A stretch of DNA of 64,000 nt from Vicugna vicugna (lineage: Eukaryota): NCBI GenBank assembly GCA_013265495.1, contig MU057711.1:2430844-2494843 (forward strand), read 5' to 3'. The position numbers were made by a program, and so were the translations under genes. Below are positions 11,926 to 23,620 of the stretch, piece by piece; the stretch's first letter is position 1; each line of letters begins with the position of its first letter. The notes beneath the pieces were generated by a model. It did no database searches. It was given only the letters and a program-made list of their open reading frames with translations, and had not been told where the DNA came from.

Positions 11926-12309
11926 CTACGCTCAGGCAAGGACAGGAGTCACCTGTAGCCCTCTAATGTAAACCTCCTGTTTACCATTGTTTCCAGGCAG
12001 AGCTGCCCTCTGGTGGTAATTATGCGGAATGACCATCTGCCCTGGGACGCTGCCTCTTCTGCCTCGATGCTGCTGACTGTTCTTCGCTCTTTGCTTGCCT
12101 GGTCTGTGATATTTCCCTGACCTTCCCCTTTTGCTAGGTTGGCAAGGTTGCCCTTCCTGGTCCACAGGGTCCTCAGGCTGCCCAGAGCAAAGAGACCAGT
12201 CAGAAGAAAGGCAGAGAGAAGCCTTGATGTTCACTGTTTGGTTATGCCAATACATTTTCTCGAGAACAGCATCCTGACTTCCCTCTGGAGACCCTCCCCT
12301 CCCATCCAG

Positions 12310-12730
12310 GACCCAAGCTGACCAATGAAAGTATCATCACTGCAAGGGCCAGTGACTGGTTCTGGAGTGGGCACGTGACCCAAACCTGCTAATGAGAATA
12401 TCACAGCTCCTGGCTTGGAGATTGGTGCAGGGGTAGGGATGTGGCTGAGGCTTGACTTTGGTGGGAACTTTTGGTGAAAATGTTTCTCCCGGGGTTGCTA
12501 AGCTGGTAGTAAGTCAGTCTTGAGTGTTTGGGGCTTGAAAAGAGATGCTGCCCCATAAAAAGGCGGCAGTAGAGAAAGCAGAGCACTGAGCAGTGTCCTG
12601 GTGACGGTAGTTGAGTTCCTGGATTATCAGCCTCTTGGACTTTTTAATCCAGTGAGTCAATAAATGCGCCCTTTGCGTTTTGGCTGCTTTGAACGGAATC
12701 TCTGTCAACTGCACCTGAAAGAACCCAGAG
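12310..12730 (+). mobile_element. MaLR solo LTR (MLT1J/K-like)
   Basis: gtgactggttctggagtgggcacgtgacccaa...ctcttggactttt...gtgagtcaataaat...ctgtcaactgca. Confidence 0.6.
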
Positions 12731-12952
12731 TCTGAACCCAGAGTCTGTCTTGTGTGTGCATGTGTGTATGCACACCACACACACACATCACACACTTCAT
12801 TCAGTACTTATTGAGCACCCTTTCTGTTCTGGGAACTGAGCACTGCCTGTTCTCAGAGCATGCAGGGGTGACCTGGACTCGGTCCCTGACCACAGGAGTA
12901 CCAGGAATGGGGATAACAAGGCTGACTCCTTGCTCGGCTGCTTTTGAAAGCA

Positions 12953-13111
12953 GCAGGACCAGGTACATAATTTGCTGGGTCCAGAGCAAAATGAAAACAT
13001 GGCATCCTTTATTCAAAGTTATTAAGAATTTCAAGATGGCAATGGCAGAGCATTAAACCAAGTGCGAACTCCCGTATAAGTGCCCAGGGGGTTGCACATA
13101 AAGCCAGCCCT
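12953..13111 (-). mobile_element. MER45A-like hAT-Tip100 MITE
   Basis: caggaccaggtacataatttgc...attaagaatttcaagatggcaatggcagagcattaaaccaag...aagccagccctg with terminal inverted repeats. Confidence 0.85.
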
Positions 13112-13419
13112 GGTTCTCAGCCTGGGACTATTTAGGCATATCTGTGAGGAAACGATCACATAAACTGTTACCAAGCAGTTCTAACTGAAGATATTCTAAG
13201 GGGAAGGAGTCCTGAGGATGGAAATATCTCAAGCTTGAGTGTGTGGGTGGTGGCAGTGAAAGGAAGTGGTGCTGGTTGGGCGCCCTGTTGGTTTCGAGCA
13301 GGACGGAAGTGGATATGGGAGGAGTCCACACTTTTTAAAAAGAAGAACCAGGAGTCAAAGAAGTTTGCCAGGCAGGCTGTGGTGTCCTGGCTCTGCAACC
13401 AGACATACCTGGGGTGCAG

Positions 13420-13575
13420 TCCCATTTTGACTATTTAGTAGCTGAGTGACCTTGGGCAAGTCACTTGACTTCTCTGAGTGCAGTTTCATGAAATGGAAAA
13501 TAGCGGTGATCTTACCAAATAGGTTTGTAGGGAGCATCTCTGGGATAATGTCAGCAAAAAACCCTTTACAAACTA
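13420..13575 (+). mobile_element. MIR SINE
   Basis: agctgagtgaccttgggcaagtcacttgacttctctgagtgcagtttc core. Confidence 0.75.
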
Positions 13576-13589
13576 TAAGAGTATGACCA

Positions 13590-13773
13590 TAATCCATCAG
13601 TTCGAAGATGGGCTTTTTTTTTTTTTTTACATTCCCTATTTCTGAAATTGGAAGGCATTACAATTCATGGTGTAATATAATTGAATTGGTGGCTTTTAGT
13701 TTTTCTCGGTGGTTCATAAAGAGTGTGTGTGTTGCAATCAGGGGCATCTCATGAACAGATTTGATGAGATGGT
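13590..13773. mobile_element. MER104-like TcMar-Tc2 MITE
   Basis: catcagttcgaagatg...tttctgaaattgg...tacaat...gatttgatgagatggta, with degenerate inverted ends. Confidence 0.55.
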
Positions 13774-14285
13774 AGATGAAACAGTCCTCACTGTCATTTC
13801 TTCCTCCCACTGCTACCCTTGCTGGGAGCTTTCAGAGGACAGAAGTGATGCCTTTTCGTGTGTGCCCCCTCAGAGCCTGGCACTGTGTCTGGCCCAAGTC
13901 AGCACTCAATTAATGCTTTCTATTCTGACAAGGGCAAGTGGCCAGCTCAAAGTTTCGGCTAGAAGGGCTTTTGGAAAGCCAAATGCAACCTGCTTACCTT
14001 CCAATTAACTTGGCAATTTTGGCTTGAGGAGTGTATTGTGCATGTTTTGTTTTTCTGGTCACCCAGCATCCACTCACCTTCTGAGAGCTGCTGTGGTCCA
14101 TCCTCACCCATTTCAACGAAGACAGAGGGAACACCTCCTCACCAATCTCTCATGCCCACTGCCTTCCTACCTAACTCCATGACTAATTTAACTAGCGTAA
14201 CACATCCCTCTAGCCTCAGATATTGGTCCAGTGATGCACGCATGACCCAACCAGAATCTCTGAGATACAGTGAGACTTTTGCAGA

Positions 14286-14822
14286 GTAGCTGCTGTCTGT
14301 GCCTCCACCACAGGTCATTGGCATCTGTCATTTCCATGAACACTGGCTGAACTTCCAAATGCCAGTCCTTGGGACTCTGCCTGAGGGCTATCTCAGGCTG
14401 CTGGAGCCCACTATGCTGACACATGCAGCAGGCTGGAGTGCCGAGTCAATGCCACCAAGGAGCAGCCAGGAATGGGACTGAGGTGAGCAGAATGTCATGC
14501 CTCGTGTGCAAAATGTAAGGAATCCTAAGTCCATCCCCAGAGCAGCCCTCAACCAATGGCTGATGGGAGCTGGTAGATAAATGCCCCAATTCCCTTTGAG
14601 GTGCATTCTCTACCCTATTTCTCACAGCTCCCCAGTGAGATTAGGCTCTGGATGCCCGCAGAGATAACTGGCTCAGTAACACACCCTTTATTGGCTTCTT
14701 CTCCTTCCTTGGCTCAATTCCCTATTCCCCTCTCAGTGTTTCCTGTGATCACTTCCCAATAAACCACATGTACTCAAATCCTTGTCTCAGGATCTGCTGC
14801 TGGGGGAGCCCAGACCAAGACA
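14286..14822 (+). mobile_element. ERVL LTR16 (LTR16C-like) solo LTR containing a small hAT insertion
   Basis: gcagccctcaaccaatggctgatgggagctggtagataaat...cccaataaacc...ccttgtctcaggatctgctgctgggggagcccagaccaagaca terminus. Confidence 0.85.
14467..14540. mobile_element. Internally deleted MER96-like hAT mini-element
   Basis: caggaatgggactgaggtgag...gtgcaaaatgtaagga...agtccatcccca, flanked by duplicated gagcagcc (14460-14467 and 14540-14547). Confidence 0.55.
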
Positions 14823-15574
14823 CCTGTTGCCTGTGATTAAGAGATGATGCAGCTCTAGGAGCTGCCGGCACCTGTCTCGCCAGCCACGAGGGGCAAGAAT
14901 GGAGCAGACAATGGAGGAGAGCAGAACTAAGATGGCAGGTGAGGTGACTTTAATGAAGTTTTGCTATAAGGATCATACACCACAGTTCAGACACTATGAA
15001 ATTCCCCATGAGATCTCTCTGTGCACTGGTGTTTTCTCTCCTACAGCCAGCTGCCTCCCGTCTTTTCTCTCTACCCTCTCCCAAGATTCTATTGTCCAGA
15101 ATGATTCATCTCCGTTCTCTTAGCTTCTGCACCCACTCAACAAAATTAGTCTCCTTTGGGATTTACCACTCTGGAAGTTGTTCGAATATGGGCGGGGAAT
15201 TGTAAAGAAAAAGTAGAAAGGAGTGTTTAAATGTTGGTAGAGTGGTATGTGTATGCGTGTTTGTGCTTCTTGGCAGGACTCATCTCAGGCTCCAAAGTCG
15301 GGAGATACGCAGCAGCCTTTTTCTACTGGGGAATCACGTGGGAGCCCCAAACCGGGGACTGGAGGCCTCTCCCAGCCTCTCATCTCTTTGTCTCTTAGTC
15401 ATCTCTTCTGTTCTCAATTATCTGTCTCTTTCTCCTCCTCTCTGCCTCCTTCCTCTGTTCTTCAGAGGAATACCAATCCACACAACCTAACAGACTCACC
15501 CCAGTTCAAATTCACGGAGAAGCTGACAGGGTCTGCTCAACTGCCGGTACATAGCTTCCCCTGGGCCAGGTCCC

Positions 15575-15645
15575 ACCTCTTGTCCAATCAGCTGTGGCTG
15601 TGGTGCTGGGAGGCGGGGCCTTGGGGAAGGTGGCCAATGAAATAT
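15575..15645 (+). promoter_or_regulatory. CCAAT / GC-box / CCAAT cluster (possible promoter)
   Basis: CCAATCA 15584-15590, GAGGCGGGGC 15610-15619, GCCAATGA 15633-15640. Confidence 0.3.
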
Positions 15646-16709
15646 CCCGAACAGTTCCACCCCTTTCAGGAACCGGCTCCCAGAGCCTCAGGACAGTGAC
15701 TGGGACGCAAGAGAGTGATACTAAGAGCCAATAGTGACTGAGCACTTCTTTAAATCAGGAACAAGACACACATTACCTCTTTTATAACGAAATGTTATCA
15801 GAGTGTAACAAGTGCAGGAATCTTAAGTATACAGCTCAACGTACGTATAATTTCTTTTAATTTTTATAGCAACCCGAAGATCACGGGTGCGATTATTACT
15901 GTCTTTAACGTACAGTGTGAAAACGGGCTCAGCAAAGGCCATTCACTCACCTGGAGAGTGGGTCTGGGATTTAACCAGGCTGCACAACCCTAGAATCTGA
16001 GTGCATGACCACTACTGTGCACTGCCCACGTCACCGAGTCACCTTCAGGGATAGGCATGACCTGGGTTCTGGGCAGTGACAGGGAGACAAACAGGTGACA
16101 TTCATTTACAAAGGGTGTCAGGTGCTGGGTTGAAGATCTCCAGCCCAGCTCTCCCCTCTTGGCCACCCTCCCCCTCTCCCCCTCCTGGCCACTTAGTCCT
16201 TTCCTCTGCTTTTCCGGACAGCACAGCCGCAGCTGGAGGCAGCCTCTGGGAACCACCAAGAGGCTTTATGATGTGCAGATGGTGTTTCCGCCAAGCCCCT
16301 CGCTTTTCATGTCAGTGGCCTCTGGGAGCTGGGCCAGCCCAGATGTCCCTGATCGTGAGAAAGTCTCCCCTGGCAAGACTGGCATAAGATGCCACCGATG
16401 GGGGCCTCAGGCCAGCTCTGGCTTGGATCCTCTGGTGAGGGGGCTTGGCCGGATGCTTGTGAGGCAGACGATTCAGTGCCATTTATGTCCAGGCCTGCGG
16501 ATTAGGATGGTGTATCTGCAGAGCCAGGAATATCACTTCTGAGGCTACAGACAGACAGACAGAGACACTGCACAGCTAGCTTTTTAAAAGGACTCTAGAT
16601 TAATCTCTTTTTTCCATGCATGTTGTTTTATCTGACTCTCAAGCTATCTATGGGCAGACTGCCTCTCCTGTTGGAGGAGAGGAGGTGCCCTCCTGCGACA
16701 GGAACAATC

Positions 16710-17040
16710 TCATCCCCATCAGTGACAGACTGGGCCAAGATCAGGAGCCATGTGTCTCCCCCATCAGACTGGGAGTTCCACAATCAGGGATAAAGGTGTC
16801 TCTGCCATCAAAGTAAGAGTCACCAGTCTCCAGGAAAATATGACTCTGCTGTCTGCTCTCAGACTAGGAGTTCCCCAAGTCAGGAAAATGTGACTCTTCC
16901 ATCAAACTGGGAGTTTTCAATGTTGAGAACTATGTATTCTTTGTCTCTTCCATCAGGCTGAAAACCTCCAAGGGATGAGATGAGTGTCTCCGCCATCAGA
17001 CCAGGAGCTCCCTGAGAGTGGGGTTATGGTATCTCTTCAC
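16710..17040 (+). repeat. Degenerate tandem array, 7 units of ~43-51 bp, L2-3'-like unit
   Basis: Anchors ccatca (ctctca in unit 4) at 16716, 16761, 16805, 16856, 16899, 16950 and 16993; approximate consensus tgtctcYYccatcagactgggagYtcc...cagg. Confidence 0.75.
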
Positions 17041-17419
17041 CTCTCTCCTCCCAGAATATTCATACAAGGCTCTGTCTGCAAAGGATGCCTAGTGTAGGAG
17101 TAATGTCTGCTGACAATTCTAGGGGACAGGTGACTTTCATCCTGGACTCTGCAGACCTGCCCTTAGCAACCACCTGGGAAGGGTGGGGACAGTGTCGCCA
17201 AAGTGGGTGCTGGAGATTCACAGGCAGGGAAGACCAACGGTGAGATTGATGGGCACCTGGACAGCGTCTGTCTTGTGACCTGCTGTAGAACCCAGCCTTT
17301 GGCTCAGGGTTTTCTTCTTAACAGGAACTCAGTGACAGTGGCTGGCTGATGAATGAATGAGTGAAAATCTGGCTCCTGCCCTTGAGATGCTCACCCTCTG
17401 CTAGGGAAGGAATGAAGCT

Positions 17420-17620
17420 CATTTTTCTTGAGTGCCTCTATGCACTGGACACAATTTCAGGTTCTTTCGTGTATATTATCTTATTTAATCCTCAGAACAA
17501 CCCTAGAGGATAAGTTTTATTTTCTCCACTTCACAGATGAGGAAATTGGAGCTCAGAGCCTGTCCAAGATCTCAGAGCTGGTAAATAAGGGAGTTGAGAT
17601 TTGAACTGAGGTCCAGACAT
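17420..17620 (-). mobile_element. MIR SINE
   Basis: atttaatcctcagaacaaccctagagg...acagatgaggaaattggagctcagag. Confidence 0.8.
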
Positions 17621-18386
17621 GGATTTCCAGACATGGATCCTCTTCATGGAAAAATTACTGTCATTTACTTTCAGAGCTAGCTAAGACAAGTGTGTATGAA
17701 GTGGCCTGTGAACTGAGGGAGAGGGAAGCTCAGAAAAGCTTCAAAGAAGGAGTGATATTAGATATGGATTTTGAAGGATGAGTAGGAGTTCACCAGACAG
17801 AGCAGATGGGGAGGCATGGCTAGAAAAGGAGAGGAGTTTTGTCTACTTGGAAGACTCCCATCTGGGGTTTTGGGGCAGCTGCCCCCTCCCACATGTGCTC
17901 TTCTGTCACTCTGCCTTTCCCAGACCTGGACTTCCTCCCTCTCTTTGGGAGGACATAACAGCCTAATCTCATGCTGGCACATCACTGCCGAGATGCCAGG
18001 AAACCTCTGCTGTGAGCCTCCCACCCTGGCGCCAGGGCCAGCTGTGCTTCTAGGAGGAAGGAAGGGTGGTTGGCGGCCAGCTGTGATGAGAAATTTCCTC
18101 TTTGGGTCTTCTAAAGGGGACAGGGCAGTGGAAGAGGAGCTGGGATCCTGGTGCTGCATCTGGCCAGAGGAGGTAGGTGAAAAAAGATGGGGGTAAGTGA
18201 GTTGTCCCCCAGGCTTGTGACCAGTGGCCCTCTCCTTCTAGAAAGCAGATGACAGTTTATCACATCCCCCTGTTAGTGCGGACATCCCTTAGGTATCTTT
18301 TCTAGTAACAGGCAGGTGTAACAGTCTCCTGGGTGGGAGTGCAGAGTAGGTCTTCAATTTGGTTGCTGATCAATGGTCACACTTTG

Positions 18387-18554
18387 TTTCTGTTTTTTTT
18401 GTTTTTAAGCTTTTTCTTTGCGGGGGGAGGGGGCAGTAATTAGATTTATTTATTTATTTATAAAAATGTTTTAAAGTGGAGGTTCTGGGGATTGAACCCA
18501 GGAACTTTGTGCATGCTAAGCACAGACTCTACCACTGAGCTATACTCAGACCCA
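18387..18554 (-). mobile_element. Vic-1-like SINE with TSD
   Basis: tggggattgaacccagg...tgcatgctaagcacagactctaccactgagctatac; TSD caatggtcacaMtttg at 18371-18386 and 18555-18570. Confidence 0.92.
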
Positions 18555-19769
18555 CAATGGTCACAATTTGTGAATTCATCATTTTGTTAAAACTGGATAG
18601 AACAAAGTTTAGCTCTTAGCTGAACTCATCAGGCTTCAAGGAGGTCAGAAGGAAGGAGAGAAACAGACCCTCTATACCTGCGGCTTTAAAATGACATGTA
18701 TGTTTCTATCAACAGAACCTTAAAAAAAAAATCCAGGAAATTTTACCTGAAGCCCAATGGGTTTAACAGATACAAGCAGAGGAGAGGGAACTCAGAGGAT
18801 GGCCCACTCAGCTTTCTCTGACCTCACCTTGACCCCCTAAGAATGTTCATGGAACCCAATTCTCCCCAGCACCTGAATATCTCTGGTGAACTCCAACTCC
18901 CAAATTTTACTACTAAGACAACTGAGGCACTGAGAGGGGAATGATTTGTCTGAGGTTACATGAGGAGTCGGTATTCGGGGTGATATCCCCCAAATTCCTG
19001 GCTTGAAACTCAGTGCGGGATGGGGTGGGGGGTGTCTGTTCAGTTGTAGCACTGGCTTTGGAACCACCTCCTGCAGGCTCCCCATCCAGGCCAGTGGAGC
19101 ACCCATGACTCAAGGCTTTGGGCTCTGGGCACTGCTACCCAACAGGATAAGAGAAACCCTGCCCATGAGGGTGGGCCCCGTCCCTTTTGCAGAAGGGCAA
19201 GCTGAGGTCCGGAGAAGGCCACGCTCTGGGTTACACGCGCACCAGCCGGAGCATTAATGCGGGACCGGGTCACAGCTGCCTTTGGTTTTATTCCTCCAGG
19301 ATCTTCACTTGTCCCAGGCTCCCGTTGGCCAGTGGAGACCCTCCCAGGGGCCCTGGCAGACAGCCATCTACCCAGGCTTCACCCAGCCAGGAGCCGTGAG
19401 AAACAGGTTCTGATATGGAAGCTGCCAGGGTGTTACTAACCGGCTGTCGGCTGCAATTAGGGCAGCGGCCTTTCATCTCCCCGCCACTCTCCTCCTGCTC
19501 AGGGCAGCCTCGCATCACATCCTGCCCTGTCCTGACTCTGTCTGGCCGGTGGCAGGCGCCCCTCCTGAGGTAGGACCCCAGACAGGGGCCGGCGTGAGCA
19601 GGCCGCACTGGAAAACATTGCCAGGGCCCGTCTTCAGGGGCCTTCGGTCCATCCCTCAGCCCCGCCTGGCCTGGCCGGGCCCCTCTCCGAGCCTTGTCCT
19701 GGAAGGCTCCATCCACTCCAGTCAGGCCTGCCCGAGATTACCTAGGTGTTCTGGTGACTTCTGAGGGCC

Positions 19770-20640
19770 TCGCATGAAAGATAACGCCCAAATCAACAAA
19801 TCTGCCATTGTGGCTTTGAAGAGACTGTTTCAATCACTTTATTTTGTCTTTATGTCAGGTTTGCCAGATGGCTTGGGTCTTTCTGAGGTCCTGTACCGAG
19901 GGGGCGCAGAGAGAACTGGTGCAGCTTCAAAGCTCCTTTTTAATCTTTAGCAACATCACAGCGGCTGGGAAACTGCCTCGGCTCCCTCAAGTCTCTCCCA
20001 CAAAAGAGGCGCGGCCGAGGCTCTAATGAAAGCCAGATAAAGGGATGGCTGGAATCAGAAACAGAGGGAAAAGAGCAGTCGTTAGTCTTTCTTGTAGCTG
20101 TTTCAAAAGAAATTCTAAGACAAATTATGGCTTTGGGTGTTTTTCTAAAAGGACTGAAGCAGGGAGAGGAGCTGGGGGAGGATGCTTTGACCCCTCAGCA
20201 CCCTTCCCCTTGCATAAAAGGCAGAGGAGACTGAAAAAGGCCGAAATACAACAATAAACTTCCCGCGTGCGCGTGGGGATGAAAGCCTGGCTGGCATAAT
20301 TACGGGCGAGGGTGCTCCGAGCGGGCGGGTGCCTTTACCTTGCCGCCAGCGCTATTAATGATGCGGCTCCCTCCTCTTTCTTCTCTGGAAGGGACGCCTT
20401 TGGTTTTGGGGAATGGGGGTGGGGGGCTGCACCACGCAGCTGACATTTGGCGCAGGCTGTGGTTGTGTGATGTGTTGCTCCGTCACGTAAGGGCCCCAGC
20501 CGCCCCGCTGGCTGCCAACACCTGTCATCCGTGAGACGGCCAAGGTGCCCGTGGGTCAGCATCCCTTCCCACTCGCCCTTCTTCAAGGTTTCAAGGTCTT
20601 TCTCTCAGGACCTGGGGAGGGGTTTTCTGACCTGCAATTC
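19770..20640. promoter_or_regulatory. Candidate conserved enhancer A with adjoining CpG-rich segment
   Basis: Repeat-free; TCF/LEF CTTTGAAG 19814-19821 and CTTCAAAG 19925-19932; GATA sites near 19779 and 20035; SOX CATTGT 19806; CpG-rich 20260-20560. Confidence 0.55.
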
Positions 20641-22139
20641 TGCCCACATATGCTCTCTCTTTCGGGGATCAGCTTTGCTCTCGGGGACGCAGAGGGGTGG
20701 GGGAGCTTACACCTGTCTTTCCGTGGCACACACTGTCTTAAATGCCCGCCATCAGCCAAAAGAGCAAGCCCATCCAGTGCCGCCGTGTTCTCCAGCACGG
20801 GCAGCGCACGAGGCTGCTCTCAGCTCCCGTCTCACCTCTCATTTCCCCTCGGTCGGCTTAGTTTGCACGGATGGTTTGTCAGCTACTTGGCAAGGCCTCG
20901 AGGGAATGGCCAGCTATGATTTGATAGGCAGGCAGGGAGGAGGCAGAAAGCTGGACAGTGTAGGGGGGCTTCCAGGGGAGGGGCAGGGTAAACAGTTGGG
21001 GGCACTGAGCAGCATCCTTGCAAGGGCATCGCTGGCTTTGAAGATTGGTGAAGACCCACAAAGTTCTTGCCCTAAAGTGGTCCCTCACTAGAGGTGGCAG
21101 ATTGAGGTCCTGGGAGAGGAAGGGGTTAACCAAGGTCAGACAGCTGATTAGGGACAAAGCAAGACCTCAAGTCCATGTTCCACAGGAAGACTCAGATATT
21201 CTGAGAGAATGGGGGACTTGTGTGGCGTGGGGTCAGAGGAGAGTTTAGATTCTGATGGCAGAGATGGGCAGGGTCTCGCGCGTCCCCTCCACGCTGTTCC
21301 TCCGCCTTCTCCCTTTGCCACTTGGCAGGGCTCAGCTGCCATGGGCTTTGGCTTCTGGAGGCTTGGCCGAGAGGTGTTCCTGAGGCTCCCAGAGCATCAG
21401 GGCCATTGCCCAGGTTGCAGTCACATGAGGGACATTCTCCCCACCCTGGGGGTGTGTTTTCACTCACTTCTGTGGAGGCTCTTGCCATGTGTATGAGAAT
21501 TGAGGAAAACTGAAACCAAAGAAATGTAGCCACCCAACATTTACCTGCTGGTGTTAAAAGGTCTCCTGGTTTCCCTGTCTTGTTCTCAGCCCCAGAGAGG
21601 GGAGAGTTAGATGTGTTGACAGGTGAGAGGCTGCGGGAAGGGCAAGGGAGGGGGGCGGCCCCATCTCTTTCTCTCACTTTCTGCCTTTGCTCTCTCCCTG
21701 TGTGTCTTTCACTTTGCCTGCCTGTCTGTCTTCTCCCCATCCTTCTCCAGTGATGTCCTGGCCTGGGGCTCTGGTTTCTGTTCCTGGCATTGGGGCCTCT
21801 GTAGCCTCCCAGCACTTCTGGTGCCTCATCTCCCTGCTGCACCTGTTGCTGAGCAAGGAGCTGGGGCTGCCAAGAGGTGGAGAACTCCAGGAAACTGAGG
21901 GGTGCAGGCCAACTGGAAAGGGAGGGGATGGTGCAGTGGCAAGGGCTGGGTGTCTCATCACACCTCCTCCCTTGAGACAGAGCCAGGCAGAAGCTGCCTG
22001 CCAGGCCCCTGGGCTATTTTAATGAAGGAGAATATGGGCAGATAAGAGGTTCAAGCCATGTAAGGTGGGTATCTCCCTGCTCTCCTGTGTGTATGGTGCA
22101 CACTTGACACCCAACACCGCCTTGTCGAAGGTATTGCAC

Positions 22140-22365
22140 AGCGAGGAGTCCAGGTCTGGGACTGCATTCCTGAAGTTTGAATCCTGGCTCTTCACCTTCT
22201 TAGCTGGGGGACCTTGGGAAAATGACTTACTCTTTTTGTGGCTCACTTTTCTTATCTGTAATATGGGACTAATAATTGTATTTAGCTCATAAGGTTGTCA
22301 TGAGGAATCAATGTAAAGTGCTTAGAATAGGGCCTGGCACGCTTGCATTCAACAAATGTGAACTA
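22140..22365 (+). mobile_element. MIR SINE
   Basis: gtttgaatcctggctc...accttgggaaaatgactta...atctgtaatatggg...aaagtgcttagaatagggcctggcac. Confidence 0.8.
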
Positions 22366-22479
22366 GTGTTGTTTTTGGCCCCTCCGAGATCTCTTCAGCC
22401 ATCACTGTCAGCAACAACTAAGCTGATAATCCACTATGTGAACCAATCCTCACGCTTGGGTGTTGTGGTGGGTACTGGG

Positions 22480-22990
22480 GTAAATGGCTGTCTTTTCTCC
22501 CTCTCTCCTTGTCTTCTTACAACAAGCCCTCTTTCCTGGGGGGGGGGCCTATTCTGTGTAATTCTAAGGGGGTATGTGGCCATGTGACACAGGCGTGGCC
22601 AATCAGAGAACCCCATTCCTCAGGCCACAATGATTGATTGGCTCAGGGGGTTATAGGACCAAAACCAGGCCAGAGTCCTCCCCAGAATTTAGTTGCTAGA
22701 ACTGTGAGAAGAGATGGTGTCCCATCCTCTGAGACCCGAGATCTAAGGCTGCTGTAAGCTGGAATCACTAGAAACCAACTTCTTGAGCAGCATAAAGAAA
22801 GCTACAGTAGGAGGAAAGGAGTCCATTAGGTCAAGGAGTGTAGAAATAAGACATGAAGAGATGGGGGCAGAGAGAGAGAATTAAGCCCTGAACCTGGCTG
22901 GCCAGCTACTTCCATTTTGCTGTGTGTATGCACGGCCCAGCCAGTTGCTGTTTGCACTTTAAGCGTCTGAGCTGGGTTTCTTGCCATCAA
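22480..22990 (+). mobile_element. MaLR solo LTR (MLT1J/K-like, decayed)
   Basis: catgtgacacaggcgtggccaatcagag...gattggctcagggg...tttaagcgtctgagctgggtttcttgcc. Confidence 0.5.
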
Positions 22991-23209
22991 TGGCAGGGCT
23001 GCCTTGATTGCTTCGGAGGCCTGAACTCATGCTCACAATACTGTCACTCACAGGAGCTCATAGCTTCCTTAAAGAAGCCACACCATGGGAAGAACACTGA
23101 GGAAGACCAGACGCTGAAGGGTTGGGAGTCAGAGGCAGGAGTGGATTCAGCAGAATACAAGCCTTCCCTTTGGTGGTGGCCATTGAGCGGGGCTTGATTT
23201 CAAGTCTCA

Positions 23210-23620
23210 GAGAAACAGAGGGGGGAGCAGGTGAGCATTTCGCGTGAAGGGCACAGCATGAGCTAAAGGCTCAGAGGAGAGAAAGCCCAGGGTAGAAGAG
23301 TAGCAGCTAGTTTGGCTGAAATGTCAGGTAAGTGGGGAAAGGAAAACTGGAGGATATGAGGCTGCCAAGTTCTGCTGGGGTCAGAGCACGGAGGGTCTGG
23401 AGTTTCAGGTCTAGAACCTTGGAATTTTATGGATTAGACAATAGAGAGCTACTGAAGTGTGTGTTTCTGTTTTTCTTTTTGAGTGGATGTTGAAAGGTTC
23501 AGAGCTGTGTAGAGGATGGTTAAGATGGGGAGGCTGGAGTCAGAGAGTTGGTCAGAAGACCAGGTGAGAAGTAATGGCTGTCTAGAGTTAGATGGTGGCC
23601 TAGACTGGACATGGATATCG
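23210..23620 (-). mobile_element. L2 LINE fragment
   Basis: gaagggcacagcatgagctaaaggc...ttggaattttat...gagctactgaag...gatggtggcctagact. Confidence 0.6.

Noticed and set aside
12751..12795. Pre-miRNA-like hairpin (tgtgtgtgcat...atgcacac)
   Set aside because: Self-complementarity comes from adjacent TG and CA microsatellite remnants; too short and low-complexity
16710..17040. CRISPR-like repeat-spacer array
   Set aside because: Mammalian DNA, highly degenerate repeats, spacers related to each other, no cas genes; better explained as an L2-derived minisatellite
19892..19909. CTCF site (tgtaccgagggggcgcag)
   Set aside because: The 3' half matches but the strongly conserved 5' CC positions do not
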